From assembly GCA_034666405.1 (NCBI GenBank), contig JAXDLW010000047.1, positions 3,913 to 67,912 of the forward strand: a stretch of 64,000 bases of DNA. The letters are read 5' to 3'. This document shows positions 7,486-16,618 of the stretch, one piece after another; within the stretch, counting starts at the first letter, position 1, and each line of letters begins with the position of its first letter. Source of the DNA: Chloroflexota bacterium. GTDB lineage: Bacteria > Chloroflexota > Dormibacteria > DASZGP01. Made by a program: the position numbers and the translations under genes. The notes beneath the pieces are model-generated. The model had not been told where the DNA came from, did no database searches, and saw only the letters and a list, made by a program, of their open reading frames with translations.

Positions 7486-10343
7486 CAGGCGCTCGCCTCC
7501 ACGGGCTGGCCCAGGTAGGCCTCGATGACCCTGCTGTCCGCCTGCACCTCCCACGGGAGGCCGTGGGCGATGATCGCGCCCTGGTCCAGTACGTAGAGGT
7601 AGTCGGAGACGCTCGTCACCGTTGCGATGTCGTGCTCGATGAGCAGCATGCTCAGCCCGAGCTCCTCGCGGACGTGCAGCAGGACCTCGGCAAAGCGCTT
7701 GGACTCGGTGGTGTCCAGGCCGGAGGCGGGCTCGTCGAGGAGCATCAGCTTGGGCCCGGTGACCAGGGCACGCCCGAGCTCGACAATGCGCAGGACGCCG
7801 AATGGCAGGTCCGCGACGGGGGTCTGGGCAACGTGGCTGAGGTTGAGGAAGTCCACGACATGGTCGACCTCACGGCGCATCGCCACCTCGGCGCGGATGG
7901 CCCGCGGCAGCGCGAAGCTGTGGCCCAGGATGCCCGAGTGGTTGCGCAGGTGGGTGCCCACCAGCAGGTTCTCAAAGACCGTCAGCTGGGGGAAGAGCTG
8001 GATCTGCTGGAAGGTGCGGCCGACGCCCAGCGCGGCACGCTTGTGCACATCCATCCGGGTCGCGTCGGCGCCGAGCAGCTCGACGGTCCCGCCGGTCGGG
8101 GTGTTCAACCCGGAGATGGCGTTGAAGGTCGTCGTCTTGCCCGCGCCGTTGGGCCCGATCAGGCCAACGATCTCGCCGGCCCGCACCTCGAGGCTGACGT
8201 CCTTCACCGCCTGCAGGCCGCCGAAGCGCACACCCACCTCACTGGCGCGCAGGACAGGGTCGGTCTCCACCCGCGCCGTGCGGCGCTTCCGAGCCTCCTG
8301 GTTCACCCGCGCGCCCGCCAGCTCCAGGACCGACGCCGTCGTGACCCCGGCCTGGGATGCCGCGGCGGCGTCCGCCTCCGGCTCGACGGCTGCCGCCTGG
8401 CGACGCTCACGCAGTCGCTCCAACAGGGCCTGGGCGCGCTCACTGATCGCCGGCCCGATCGCCGACAGGCCACCGGGGTAGAGCAGGAGGACCGCGAGCA
8501 GCAGCCCGGCAGACGTGATGTCGAGGAAGCCCGCCAGCGCGTGGACACGGAAGAACAGCTCCGACAGCGCCGCGAACACGATGGCCGCCAGCACCGCCCC
8601 CTCCAGGCTCTCGATACCGCCGACCACCGCGACGCCGAGGAAGAACAGGGAGGCCAGGATGTCAAACTGCCCCGGCTCGACGCTGCGCTGGTAGACCACG
8701 ATCAGTGACCCGGCGATGCCCGCGATGAGCCCTGACAGGCCGAAGGCGATGAGCTTGTATCGGGTGACGTTGATGCCGAGTGAGGCGGCGCCGACCTCGG
8801 ACCCGCGCAGCGCCAGGAATGCCCTGCCCGTGCGCGAGTCGGCGATGTTGGCGACCGCATAGATCACCGCGATGGCCACCGCCAGCACCAGGATGTAGAC
8901 GACGGTCGGGCTGTTGAAGTCGAAGTACGGGATGAGCGACGGCGTGCCGATGGGCATCACGTTGGCCTGCGCCGACCCGCCCACGATACCCAGGACGTCC
9001 TGGTGGAACAGGAAGGAATCGGCCATCCAGGCGAACACCAGCGTCGCGATCGCCAGGTAGAGGCCGCGCACGCGTAGCGCCACAGCGCCGAGCACCAGCG
9101 CGATGACCGCCGCGGCGGTTGCCCCGACGGCGATGGCCAGGGGCACCGGGAGGTGGAGCCGGTTGACCGCCAGCGCCGCGCTGAACGCGCCGACGCCGAC
9201 GAGCTCGGCCTGCGCCAGGGAGATCTGGCCAACCCAACCGGTGAGCAGGACCACGGACAGCGCCACCAGCAGGTAGTAGCCGGCCAGGATGGCGTCACCC
9301 ACCAGCGAATAGGGCACGAACGGCATGAAGGGGAACGCGATGAGCGCCAGCACCAGGACAGTGGCGAAGATGGCGCGGCGGCGCTCGGCATTCGGGCTCA
9401 GCGCCTTGCGTTTGCGCACAGCTGCCGCGGCTATACCGGCATCCCTCCCCTGGCTCGCGACGAGGCGCTTGCCGCGCGTTGCCAGGACGATGAACGCGAC
9501 CACCATGAGCATCAACTGCGAGGCGCCGACGCTGGACACCGCCTCACCGACAACCGGCAGGGTCGCCAGTGCCGGGATCTCGGCCTGGACCAGCGCGACC
9601 AGGGCGCAGCCGACGAGCGCACCTGGAAGGCTCTCGAGGCCGCCGATCAGGGCCGCGACAAAGGCCGGCAGCACCTGCAGGCCGAGGGTGAACGCGTCGA
9701 TATTGCCGTAGGTGCCGACCAGCACGCCGGCGAGCCCGGCCAGCGCGCCGCCCAGGGCCCACGCCGCGGTCGTGGTGCGGTCGGGGTTGACGCCCATGAG
9801 GCCCGCGGCGCGACGGTTGTCGGCCGCTGCCCGCATCGCCAGGCCGAGGTCGGTGAAGCGGAAGAGCGCGAGGCTGGCCAGCGTCGCCACGGCGCCGATC
9901 CCGAACATCCAGAGGGCGGCGATTCGCAGCGAACCCGAGCCCACCTGGATGGCCCCGGCGGGCAGGAGGCGGGGGGGCAGCAGCGGCGCGCTGCCGTACA
10001 CCTTGACGGCCACGGCAACGCAGAAGCCGTAGACCGCGATGGTGCCAACCGTCTGGGCGACCGGTCCCTGGCGGCGGAGGCGGCGAACTACCACCGCCTC
10101 CGTCGTGACACCAAGGACGGCGCCACCCGCCACTCCTAGGGCGGCCGCCAGCGGAAGCGGCACCCCGAGCTTGGCAAGGCTGAAGAACGCGTACGCCGGC
10201 ACCAGTGCGAGGGCCCCGTGGGCCAGGTTGAGGACCCGCGACGCGCGGTAGATGACCACGATCCCGACGGCGAACAGGACATAGATCCCGAACAGGGGGA
10301 TCGCGAGGACCGCGCTGGTCAGGGCGTTGGACAGGAAGTCCAT
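7485..10343 (-). CDS. Fused LivH-like permease / LivM-like permease / LivG-like ATPase (single 952-aa polypeptide)
   Basis: One uninterrupted frame from ATG 10343 (MDFLSNALTSAV) to stop 7485. It reads as permease 1 (~1-300), permease 2 (~330-650), an Ala-rich linker, then an ATPase (GPNGAGKTT, LPFGVLRIVELGRAL, LMLLDEPASGLD). The track ORF 7485..10916 adds 191 upstream codons that overlap the binding-protein gene and look like noise. Confidence 0.85.
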   Translation of the reverse strand: MDFLSNALTSAVLAIPLFGIYVLFAVGIVVIYRASRVLNLAHGALALVPAYAFFSLAKLGVPLPLAAALGVAGGAVLGVTTEAVVVRRLRRQGPVAQTVGTIAVYGFCVAVAVKVYGSAPLLPPRLLPAGAIQVGSGSLRIAALWMFGIGAVATLASLALFRFTDLGLAMRAAADNRRAAGLMGVNPDRTTTAAWALGGALAGLAGVLVGTYGNIDAFTLGLQVLPAFVAALIGGLESLPGALVGCALVALVQAEIPALATLPVVGEAVSSVGASQLMLMVVAFIVLATRGKRLVASQGRDAGIAAAAVRKRKALSPNAERRRAIFATVLVLALIAFPFMPFVPYSLVGDAILAGYYLLVALSVVLLTGWVGQISLAQAELVGVGAFSAALAVNRLHLPVPLAIAVGATAAAVIALVLGAVALRVRGLYLAIATLVFAWMADSFLFHQDVLGIVGGSAQANVMPIGTPSLIPYFDFNSPTVVYILVLAVAIAVIYAVANIADSRTGRAFLALRGSEVGAASLGINVTRYKLIAFGLSGLIAGIAGSLIVVYQRSVEPGQFDILASLFFLGVAVVGGIESLEGAVLAAIVFAALSELFFRVHALAGFLDITSAGLLLAVLLLYPGGLSAIGPAISERAQALLERLRERRQAAAVEPEADAAAASQAGVTTASVLELAGARVNQEARKRRTARVETDPVLRASEVGVRFGGLQAVKDVSLEVRAGEIVGLIGPNGAGKTTTFNAISGLNTPTGGTVELLGADATRMDVHKRAALGVGRTFQQIQLFPQLTVFENLLVGTHLRNHSGILGHSFALPRAIRAEVAMRREVDHVVDFLNLSHVAQTPVADLPFGVLRIVELGRALVTGPKLMLLDEPASGLDTTESKRFAEVLLHVREELGLSMLLIEHDIATVTSVSDYLYVLDQGAIIAHGLPWEVQADSRVIEAYLGQPVEASA

Positions 10344-10348
10344 GACGG

Positions 10349-11869
10349 CTACGGGTGGTCCTGGCCGGGCCAGGGATCGGCGACCCAGTCCGTCTGCAGG
10401 TACTGGAACCCGTTGAACCCCTGGCTGTACTGGATGTTGAACCCAAGCATCGCGGTGTTGGCGTAGTGGTTCCCCGCCCTCCAGGTCAGGGGCCGCGACA
10501 GCCCGGAGTCGAATGTCATGCTGTCGAGGGTTGCCTTCAGCCCACCCCGGGTCAGGTTGGGCCCCGTCTTCTGTAGCGCCTGTACGAACAGCTGCATGCC
10601 GTCGTAACCGCCTTCGAGGAACTGGTTGTCGACGTCGGCCGACGCACTCACGCTGCGGATGGCGTTCACGTACTTGCTGACCGCGTCGGAGCCGGTGAAC
10701 GGCTGCCGCGGCGGGTAGTACGAGCTCCAGACGACCATGTTGTTGCAGTGGGCACCACAGTTCTGTCCGAAGGTGTCGACGAACAGTGGCTGCGGGCCCT
10801 CGGTGAACTTGGCCGCCCGGTTCATCCCGCTGGTCGCGAACCAGGTCTCGGCGGTTGACGGCTCGAGCAGAACGAAGATCATGTCGCAACCGCTGACACC
10901 ATTGGCGCCGCCGCAACCATTGTTCAACTTGGCGCCGTCGCTGGAATAGTCCTGCTGGCCGGCGTCGATACCGACGTCGGACTTGAGGCTGGCGCCACCC
11001 AGGCGACTGATCGCCCCCTTGAACGCCTTCTCACCCTCGGTCCCGAACTTGTATGAGCGGTCCCACACGATGCCGAAGCTGCGCGCGCCCTGGTCGTAGG
11101 CATTCTTCACCGCGATGTGCGCGGTGGAGATCGTGGATGTGGACACGGGCCAGATCCAGGGATCGGAGTACTGGCTGTAGAGCATGCCGTCGGTTCCCAC
11201 AACGGGGATGCCCGCGCGGTCGATGTCGCCGGCGGCCGAGGCCGCGTTGAGGCCCTCCGACGACGGCACCACCGGGAGAGCGAAGACCCCTTCGGCGATG
11301 AAGTTGCGGATGTCCTGCTGCCCCTGGCTGGGGTTCCAGCCGTCGTCGACCAGGCCGTTGGCCAGGTCCAGCTTGCGGCCGCAGACCCCGCCTGCGGCAT
11401 TGACCTGGTTGACCACCGCGATCATGCCCAGGCGCACCTCACCGAGGAAGCTCTGGCCAATGCCGCTCTCGACAACCGTCGACGCCAGCTTGATGGAAGA
11501 CGGGCTGACACCGGTGTCGGTCTTGCCGCCGTTGCGGCCCGTCGCGCACGCCAGTTGACCCCCGGCGGTCCCACCAGCGGGCACTGCGCCCTGGACGGTG
11601 CTCGGCTTCGTCGGGTCGCCTCCCTGCGCTCCCGGCGTCGTCCCCGGCGCGGCCGACGCGGCTGCGGTGGGAGCGTCACCGTGTGGGCCGATGATCGTCT
11701 GCTTGCCGGCGACCTCCTGGGTCCTGAACCGTGGCAGGACGCTGAAGAACGACGCCGCCAGGATCGCGAGCACCACGGCAGTGACACCGATCCACGAGGC
11801 CCCCGGGGGGAATGCCTGTCTCGGTGGGGCCGCCGTCCGCGGCGTCATCACGCTCTCTTCGTCGCTCAT
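10349..11869 (-). CDS. ABC transporter substrate-binding protein (type I periplasmic binding fold, Liv family), TM-anchored
   Basis: Start chosen at ATG 11869 (MSDEES), preceded by GGAGGG (reverse complement of 11874-11879). It has an N-terminal TM helix (WIGVTAVVLAILAASFFSVL) and an Ala/Pro/Thr/Gly linker, then a binding-protein body (GVCGRKLDL, IPVVGTDGM). It sits at the head of the liv genes. Confidence 0.8.
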   Translation of the reverse strand: MSDEESVMTPRTAAPPRQAFPPGASWIGVTAVVLAILAASFFSVLPRFRTQEVAGKQTIIGPHGDAPTAAASAAPGTTPGAQGGDPTKPSTVQGAVPAGGTAGGQLACATGRNGGKTDTGVSPSSIKLASTVVESGIGQSFLGEVRLGMIAVVNQVNAAGGVCGRKLDLANGLVDDGWNPSQGQQDIRNFIAEGVFALPVVPSSEGLNAASAAGDIDRAGIPVVGTDGMLYSQYSDPWIWPVSTSTISTAHIAVKNAYDQGARSFGIVWDRSYKFGTEGEKAFKGAISRLGGASLKSDVGIDAGQQDYSSDGAKLNNGCGGANGVSGCDMIFVLLEPSTAETWFATSGMNRAAKFTEGPQPLFVDTFGQNCGAHCNNMVVWSSYYPPRQPFTGSDAVSKYVNAIRSVSASADVDNQFLEGGYDGMQLFVQALQKTGPNLTRGGLKATLDSMTFDSGLSRPLTWRAGNHYANTAMLGFNIQYSQGFNGFQYLQTDWVADPWPGQDHP

Positions 11870-11870
11870 G

Positions 11871-14726
11871 TCACCCTCCGCTGAGTGCAATCAACAGGCA
11901 CCGCCGGCGCCAGGCGATACCCAGCGGCGAGGCCATCAAAAGGAGCAGCGTCAAGACGACCAGCCCGGTGAGGGGCGACCGGAGCAGAACCCCGATCCCG
12001 TCGAATACCCGCCGCACTATGTTGTGTATCGCCGTCCACGGCCCGTCGACCACGGGGGCGACCGCGCTCACCGCCGGTCCAATCGGCAGCAGCGAGGTCT
12101 GGAACGGCGGGATGCCCAGCGTGCTGGCGCTGTTGATCGCAGCGCCGCTGTCTGCCCCGAGGCCATCCGCCGCCGACGCCGGGTGGATGCCGTAGTGGGA
12201 CTCGGCCTCGGTGCCGGCCAGCTGCAGGTTCAACCGCGACGGGTTGTACCCGCTGTCATTAACGTAGGTCACCTCCAGGCCAGGAACGAGGTTGGAGGCG
12301 TCGTAGTTGAGGACGTCGTCCTGGAGGTGCTCGTAGAGCTCTCGCTTGCCCACTGACTGGTACCCGCCCGGGCTGCCCTTGAAGGTGTTGGCCGAAATGT
12401 CGGGGTCGGGCATGTTGAAGACGACCTGGCCAGGCTGGATCAGGTTGAGCGCATTGAGCAGCGCGCCGCACGTGCCCACCGCGCCCGCCGGTGTGTCGTT
12501 TTCGACGCAGGCTCCGCCGGCGACCGGCTTGCCACCGCTGGCGGCGCCTGACACCAGGCGGTTGAACGTGCAGGACGCCGTACCGGTCCGTCCGTGCGCC
12601 CAGCAGCGCATCGTCGACTCGACCGAGTCGATTGTCGCGACACCGGTGTTGATGCCTCGCGAGATGGCATGCGACTCGGAAACCATCCCCTTCGCCGGGT
12701 CGAGGTAGACGTGCGTCGAGGTGACGCTCTGGGCCACACTGACGGGCAGGTTGGCGCCCGGGCCCTGGCCGGCGAGCTTGACGCTGAGACCCATGGGCCC
12801 GGCGGAGCTGTCGGCGCTGGTCGTGTCGCCGGCCTTGTCGCATTTCACGATGACGGCGGTGTCCGAGCTGTCGTCACCGCCGGCAGACTTCGAGCCCGGG
12901 TCCGAACAATGGATCTCCTTGAACGGCCACGTCTGACCCCCGGGTGTGGTCGCGAGCTGGTTGGCGCTGGCGTCATCCGACGTGGCCGCGGTGGCGTTGG
13001 AGCTCGCCTGGTAACTGTCGAGGTTGGACGCGCGGACGACACCCATGGCAACCTCGCGTGAGGTTCCATCCAGCGGAGCGCTGGCGATCGAGCCCGCGTT
13101 GTTGGGGCTGAACACGATGTCATACCCGCTGAACGTGGCGCCGCTGGCGAAGCCACTGGGTCCACCGACCATCCGGACCCGCGAGCCGGTCGCCTCCGCG
13201 TGGCCGTTGAACTGGCCGACAGTGGCTCCAGGAGCCTCATTTATCTGGGTCGTGTAGCTGTCGGGTGCCGGCGCGGACGGAGGGCTCACGTTGGGCAGCT
13301 CGTCCCTGAGGACATCGATATACGGAGCCTGGCCGGAGAACTCGTTCTTGCAGTCGGTCACCTGTCGGATGAACAGCAGACGCCGTGTGGGATCAACCGT
13401 CAGCGCGCGGGTCGGGCACTGGTGGCTGCTGACCAGCACGCCCTGTCCGGGCGGGGTGGCCGAGGTGTCACCGACCGTGATGCCGGCGCGACTCGCGGCG
13501 TAGTAGCGACCGCCGCCGGTTGCCAGCATGATGACCCCACTCAGGTCGCCGGGCCCACCGACCGAAGGCGCACCGACGTAGACCCCATGAACAGCATCGA
13601 ACACCACTGCGGCCGGACCGGACCCTGAACTGGCGCCCTGGAGCGCGGGTGGCATGGCCGGCCAGAAGATCCGGCCCGTGCCGGCGTCAGCGACGCCGCC
13701 CAACACATTGGGGCGTCCGATGCTGTAGGCGATCGCCCCGGACACGGGCCTGTTGCCGGCATCGAGGGGGATGGTGTAGCTCAGCATCGAGCCGGCCATC
13801 TGGACGATGGTGGCGGCCTGGTCCTGGCCGATGACCGTGGGGGAGCGGGTGAAAACGCACCCCGCTACCAGGAACGCTTTGCCCGCGGAGTGACCGACAG
13901 CGATGGGGTCGTCCGCGTTGAACGAGTTCTGGCCGTTGGTCGTCATCTTCACACTGTTGGCGCACTGATCCAGGAGCTGGATCCACGCCACACTCGCAGC
14001 CGACACGGGCACCCGTGCGACGTAGACGTCGTGCGCGCCGGACCCATGCGCAGAGGTTGCCGACCCGATGTTGCCCCAGTTCTGGGCGAGCATCAGGTAG
14101 AGCGAGTCCGAGGTCGCGTCGTAGGTCATTGCCGTGGGTATCACGGTCAGGTCTCCCGCGGCGCCCGTCGGGTTTCGAGCCGGCGTGACGTCGGTGGGTG
14201 AGCCGGCACTGGCTTGAGCCACTGCGCCCGGTATCGGAATTTCCGAGAGCGTTGGCAGCCCTCCCCCGCCATGCTGCAGCTCAGTCGTTGAGAACCCGAG
14301 GACGTAGCTGGTGCCCCCGTTGGAGTTCGTCGGGAAGTAGAGGAAGAACCTGTGACGTGACTCATCGATCGTGACCTGGCGCTGCGCGAGGAAGGCGACG
14401 GCCGTGGCGGGAATGGTCAACACCCGTTCCGACAGCAGGGCCAACGACTGGCTCGAGAAGGCGCGGACGAGGAGGCGGTCGGTGGACGGGCGCGTGTCGC
14501 ACGCCGGCGTCCCATTCCCCTGCCACTCTTCGGCGACGATTACCACCCCGAGACTCGCGTCAACCCCCATTGCCGTGCGCGCGATGCAGGGCGATGTGAG
14601 CGGAAGGCGACCGGCCTGGACCAGCGTCGGATTGGCGGCGCCTGCCGTCGGCGCCTGCGCACCGAGGGCCAGCATCGCTGCGACCGATGTCAACAGGGCG
14701 CCGGCTTTCCGCCGCGCACCTAGCAT
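11871..14726 (-). CDS. Large (951 aa) secreted surface protein of unknown function with C-terminal TM/basic-tail anchor
   Basis: Start at ATG 14726 gives a signal peptide (MLGARRKAGALLTSVAAMLALGAQAPTAGAANP). The N-terminal half looks beta-propeller-like and the C-terminal half is Ser/Thr/Gly/Ala-rich with paired Cys. It ends ..RSPLTG-LVVLTLLLLMASPLGIAW-RRRCLLIALSGG. No family recognised. Confidence 0.75.
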   Translation of the reverse strand: MLGARRKAGALLTSVAAMLALGAQAPTAGAANPTLVQAGRLPLTSPCIARTAMGVDASLGVVIVAEEWQGNGTPACDTRPSTDRLLVRAFSSQSLALLSERVLTIPATAVAFLAQRQVTIDESRHRFFLYFPTNSNGGTSYVLGFSTTELQHGGGGLPTLSEIPIPGAVAQASAGSPTDVTPARNPTGAAGDLTVIPTAMTYDATSDSLYLMLAQNWGNIGSATSAHGSGAHDVYVARVPVSAASVAWIQLLDQCANSVKMTTNGQNSFNADDPIAVGHSAGKAFLVAGCVFTRSPTVIGQDQAATIVQMAGSMLSYTIPLDAGNRPVSGAIAYSIGRPNVLGGVADAGTGRIFWPAMPPALQGASSGSGPAAVVFDAVHGVYVGAPSVGGPGDLSGVIMLATGGGRYYAASRAGITVGDTSATPPGQGVLVSSHQCPTRALTVDPTRRLLFIRQVTDCKNEFSGQAPYIDVLRDELPNVSPPSAPAPDSYTTQINEAPGATVGQFNGHAEATGSRVRMVGGPSGFASGATFSGYDIVFSPNNAGSIASAPLDGTSREVAMGVVRASNLDSYQASSNATAATSDDASANQLATTPGGQTWPFKEIHCSDPGSKSAGGDDSSDTAVIVKCDKAGDTTSADSSAGPMGLSVKLAGQGPGANLPVSVAQSVTSTHVYLDPAKGMVSESHAISRGINTGVATIDSVESTMRCWAHGRTGTASCTFNRLVSGAASGGKPVAGGACVENDTPAGAVGTCGALLNALNLIQPGQVVFNMPDPDISANTFKGSPGGYQSVGKRELYEHLQDDVLNYDASNLVPGLEVTYVNDSGYNPSRLNLQLAGTEAESHYGIHPASAADGLGADSGAAINSASTLGIPPFQTSLLPIGPAVSAVAPVVDGPWTAIHNIVRRVFDGIGVLLRSPLTGLVVLTLLLLMASPLGIAWRRRCLLIALSGG

Positions 14727-15355
14727 GAGCCGGCCACCACGAATGTCGGCTGGCGGAAAGCGCTCTCCGACCCGCCCGCGACCGAGACCCACACGATGAC
14801 ATTGCCGGCGGGCGTCCCGGGCTGTACGACCCAGGAGACGAGGTAGTTGCCCGTGCTGTCCAGGTGGCCGGTGCCGACACCGCCGTGCTTGCGGCCGTCG
14901 GTGCCGTCGCTGTACTGGGAGTCGAACGTGACGGCGTAGGCGGGGCGGCTATGCACGCTGAGGGTCTGAGTCCCACCGGGCGTCAGGCATGAACTGGCGA
15001 GCGCGGCCGTGGCCGGCGCCGGTGTGGTGCCCTCGGCGTACTGCGGCGCGCTGGGCGCCGGCGACGGTGTGGGAGCAGTCCCGGCCTTGGCCGGAGAGCC
15101 CTGCGCGGAACCGGCCTGGCCGAGCTTGGCCGGCGGCGCCGTCGGCGTGGACGCCGGGTTCGTGGACCCGGAGTGCTGCGGCGAGGGCGACACCTGCCCC
15201 GGGTCGACCACGAGGCTCGCGGTCGCGCCCTTTCCTGACGCCGCGCTCGAGCCGCCGCAGGACGAAAGCCCGATCGCCGTGCCGAGTGCCGTGGCCAGGA
15301 TGGCGAACCGCAGCCACCCGGTACCCGCTGTGCCCCTCGAAGTCATTCTCTCCAT
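14720..15355 (-). CDS. Lipoprotein of unknown function
   Basis: Signal peptide plus lipobox (AILATALGTAIGLSS-C-GG), a Pro/Ala/Ser linker, and a ~90-aa beta-rich C-terminal domain. Its stop lies 3 nt upstream of the start of the 951-aa gene, giving an operon arrangement. Confidence 0.7.
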   Translation of the reverse strand: MERMTSRGTAGTGWLRFAILATALGTAIGLSSCGGSSAASGKGATASLVVDPGQVSPSPQHSGSTNPASTPTAPPAKLGQAGSAQGSPAKAGTAPTPSPAPSAPQYAEGTTPAPATAALASSCLTPGGTQTLSVHSRPAYAVTFDSQYSDGTDGRKHGGVGTGHLDSTGNYLVSWVVQPGTPAGNVIVWVSVAGGSESAFRQPTFVVAGSC

Positions 15356-15452
15356 CTCTCCGCTGATTTCCGCTGATCCGCTGTGGACCCCCGTAGTTTT
15401 CGGGGGTTACGGGAGGCCGCCGAAGCGGCCTCCCGCGCTTGGGTTGGGTGGG

Positions 15453-15947
15453 TTAGGCGCCGGCTCCGAGGGCCACGACGGTGGCGTTGACGGTTCCGGA
15501 CGTGCACGCTGTCGGCCCGAGCTCACCCGGGGTCACGCCAAGCGGCAGGAAGAGGGCTGCGGCCGCCCCGGCCGTGCCACCGTTGGGATGCAGGACGAGG
15601 ACGGCGGTCAGGCCGACCCGAGTCCAGGTGAACGAACCGCCGGCCGAGCCGGAGGCGTAGGTGCCGGCCGCGGTGCCGATGACCGGCGGGCAGGGCTCGG
15701 TGTAGCTGAAGTTCGACGTGAACGCCTGCAGCGCAGCCGGCGAACCATTGGCGATGCCCGTGGCAGAACCATTGCATGAGCTGTTGCCGCCGGACGGAGC
15801 CGGGAAGGTAAGGCTGGTGTTGCAGGTGATGGCGGCGGCCAGGGGCGCGGCGGCCGACGTGGACATCGGCTGGGCGATGGCGATACCGCTGGTCATAAGG
15901 GCGGCCAGCGCCGCGAGGCGGGCCGAACGCACGATGCTGAATTTCAC
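15453..15947 (-). CDS. Small secreted 4-Cys protein (paralogue of 18821..19378)
   Basis: Signal peptide MKFSIVRSARLAALAALMTSGIAIAQP. The mature part has four Cys in the same order and context as the 18821 gene (ITCNTSLTF vs GTCDVTMTI; PTACTSGTVNATVV vs QTACATGGIQSVTL). Confidence 0.7.
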   Translation of the reverse strand: MKFSIVRSARLAALAALMTSGIAIAQPMSTSAAAPLAAAITCNTSLTFPAPSGGNSSCNGSATGIANGSPAALQAFTSNFSYTEPCPPVIGTAAGTYASGSAGGSFTWTRVGLTAVLVLHPNGGTAGAAAALFLPLGVTPGELGPTACTSGTVNATVVALGAGA

Positions 15948-16217
15948 TATCTCAATCTCCTAGAGTTGTCTTGTTCATGGGGTCGGCGGGCGCTTGCGCT
16001 CGCCGGCTCTGTTTTTTCTTGGTCTTCGCGATCCATCTGTCAGCGGCGCATTGCGTCCGCAGGCAGTCCCGTCCCGAGCAGTTCCTCCTATCCCCTCTGA
16101 GCGGCCACCCCGCGGCGGCCTCACTACGAATACGGAGATGGGGGCCGATTTGTTTACGAGCTGTTGAAAGAGGCTTGCGCGTAAACGTTTGGGGCCTCTC
16201 GCGCGTATTCGTTACAG

Positions 16218-16469
16218 GTGCATGAGCAGAACGAGCAGCAGCCCCAGGCGACCGGCGCGCGGCCTTATGACGCGCTCACGCCTGCCGAGCTGGCCGTCCT
16301 CCGGCTGCTTGCGACGGGGCGCAACAATGACGAGATCGCCACTGTCCTGAAAAAGAGCCGGGGCACCGTCAAGCACCAGCTGTCTTCGGTGCTGCGCAAG
16401 CTGGAGCTCCGTGACCGTGTTGCGGCCGTCGTGTGGTGGTACACGACCGGGACGGACGCAAGAAAATGA
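16218..16469 (+). CDS. Stand-alone LuxR/GerE-type HTH protein (83 aa, no receiver or ligand domain)
   Basis: LTPAELAVLRLLATGRNNDEIATVLKKSRGTVKHQLSSVLRKLELRDRVAAVVW is a canonical LuxR C-terminal HTH. GTG start at 16218. Confidence 0.75.
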   Translation: MHEQNEQQPQATGARPYDALTPAELAVLRLLATGRNNDEIATVLKKSRGTVKHQLSSVLRKLELRDRVAAVVWWYTTGTDARK

Positions 16470-16618
16470 CGCGCCCGTTCGTTGGGCTATGACGCATGGG
16501 TCATCCGGGCTATTGACAGACGGTTAGGCTCTTGAAAAGATTTGCAAAGCCCGGACGGGGACGCCGTGTGCTGCCAGCACCGACACGTCAGCGGCGCGTC
16601 CGAGTGCATTAGCGGGGA

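Noticed and set aside
10344-10916. The 191-codon N-terminal extension of the 1143-aa track ORF (7485..10916).
   Set aside because: It overlaps the substrate-binding-protein gene in another frame and is Arg/Pro/Gly-rich with no motifs. A canonical LivH N-terminus begins at ATG 10343.
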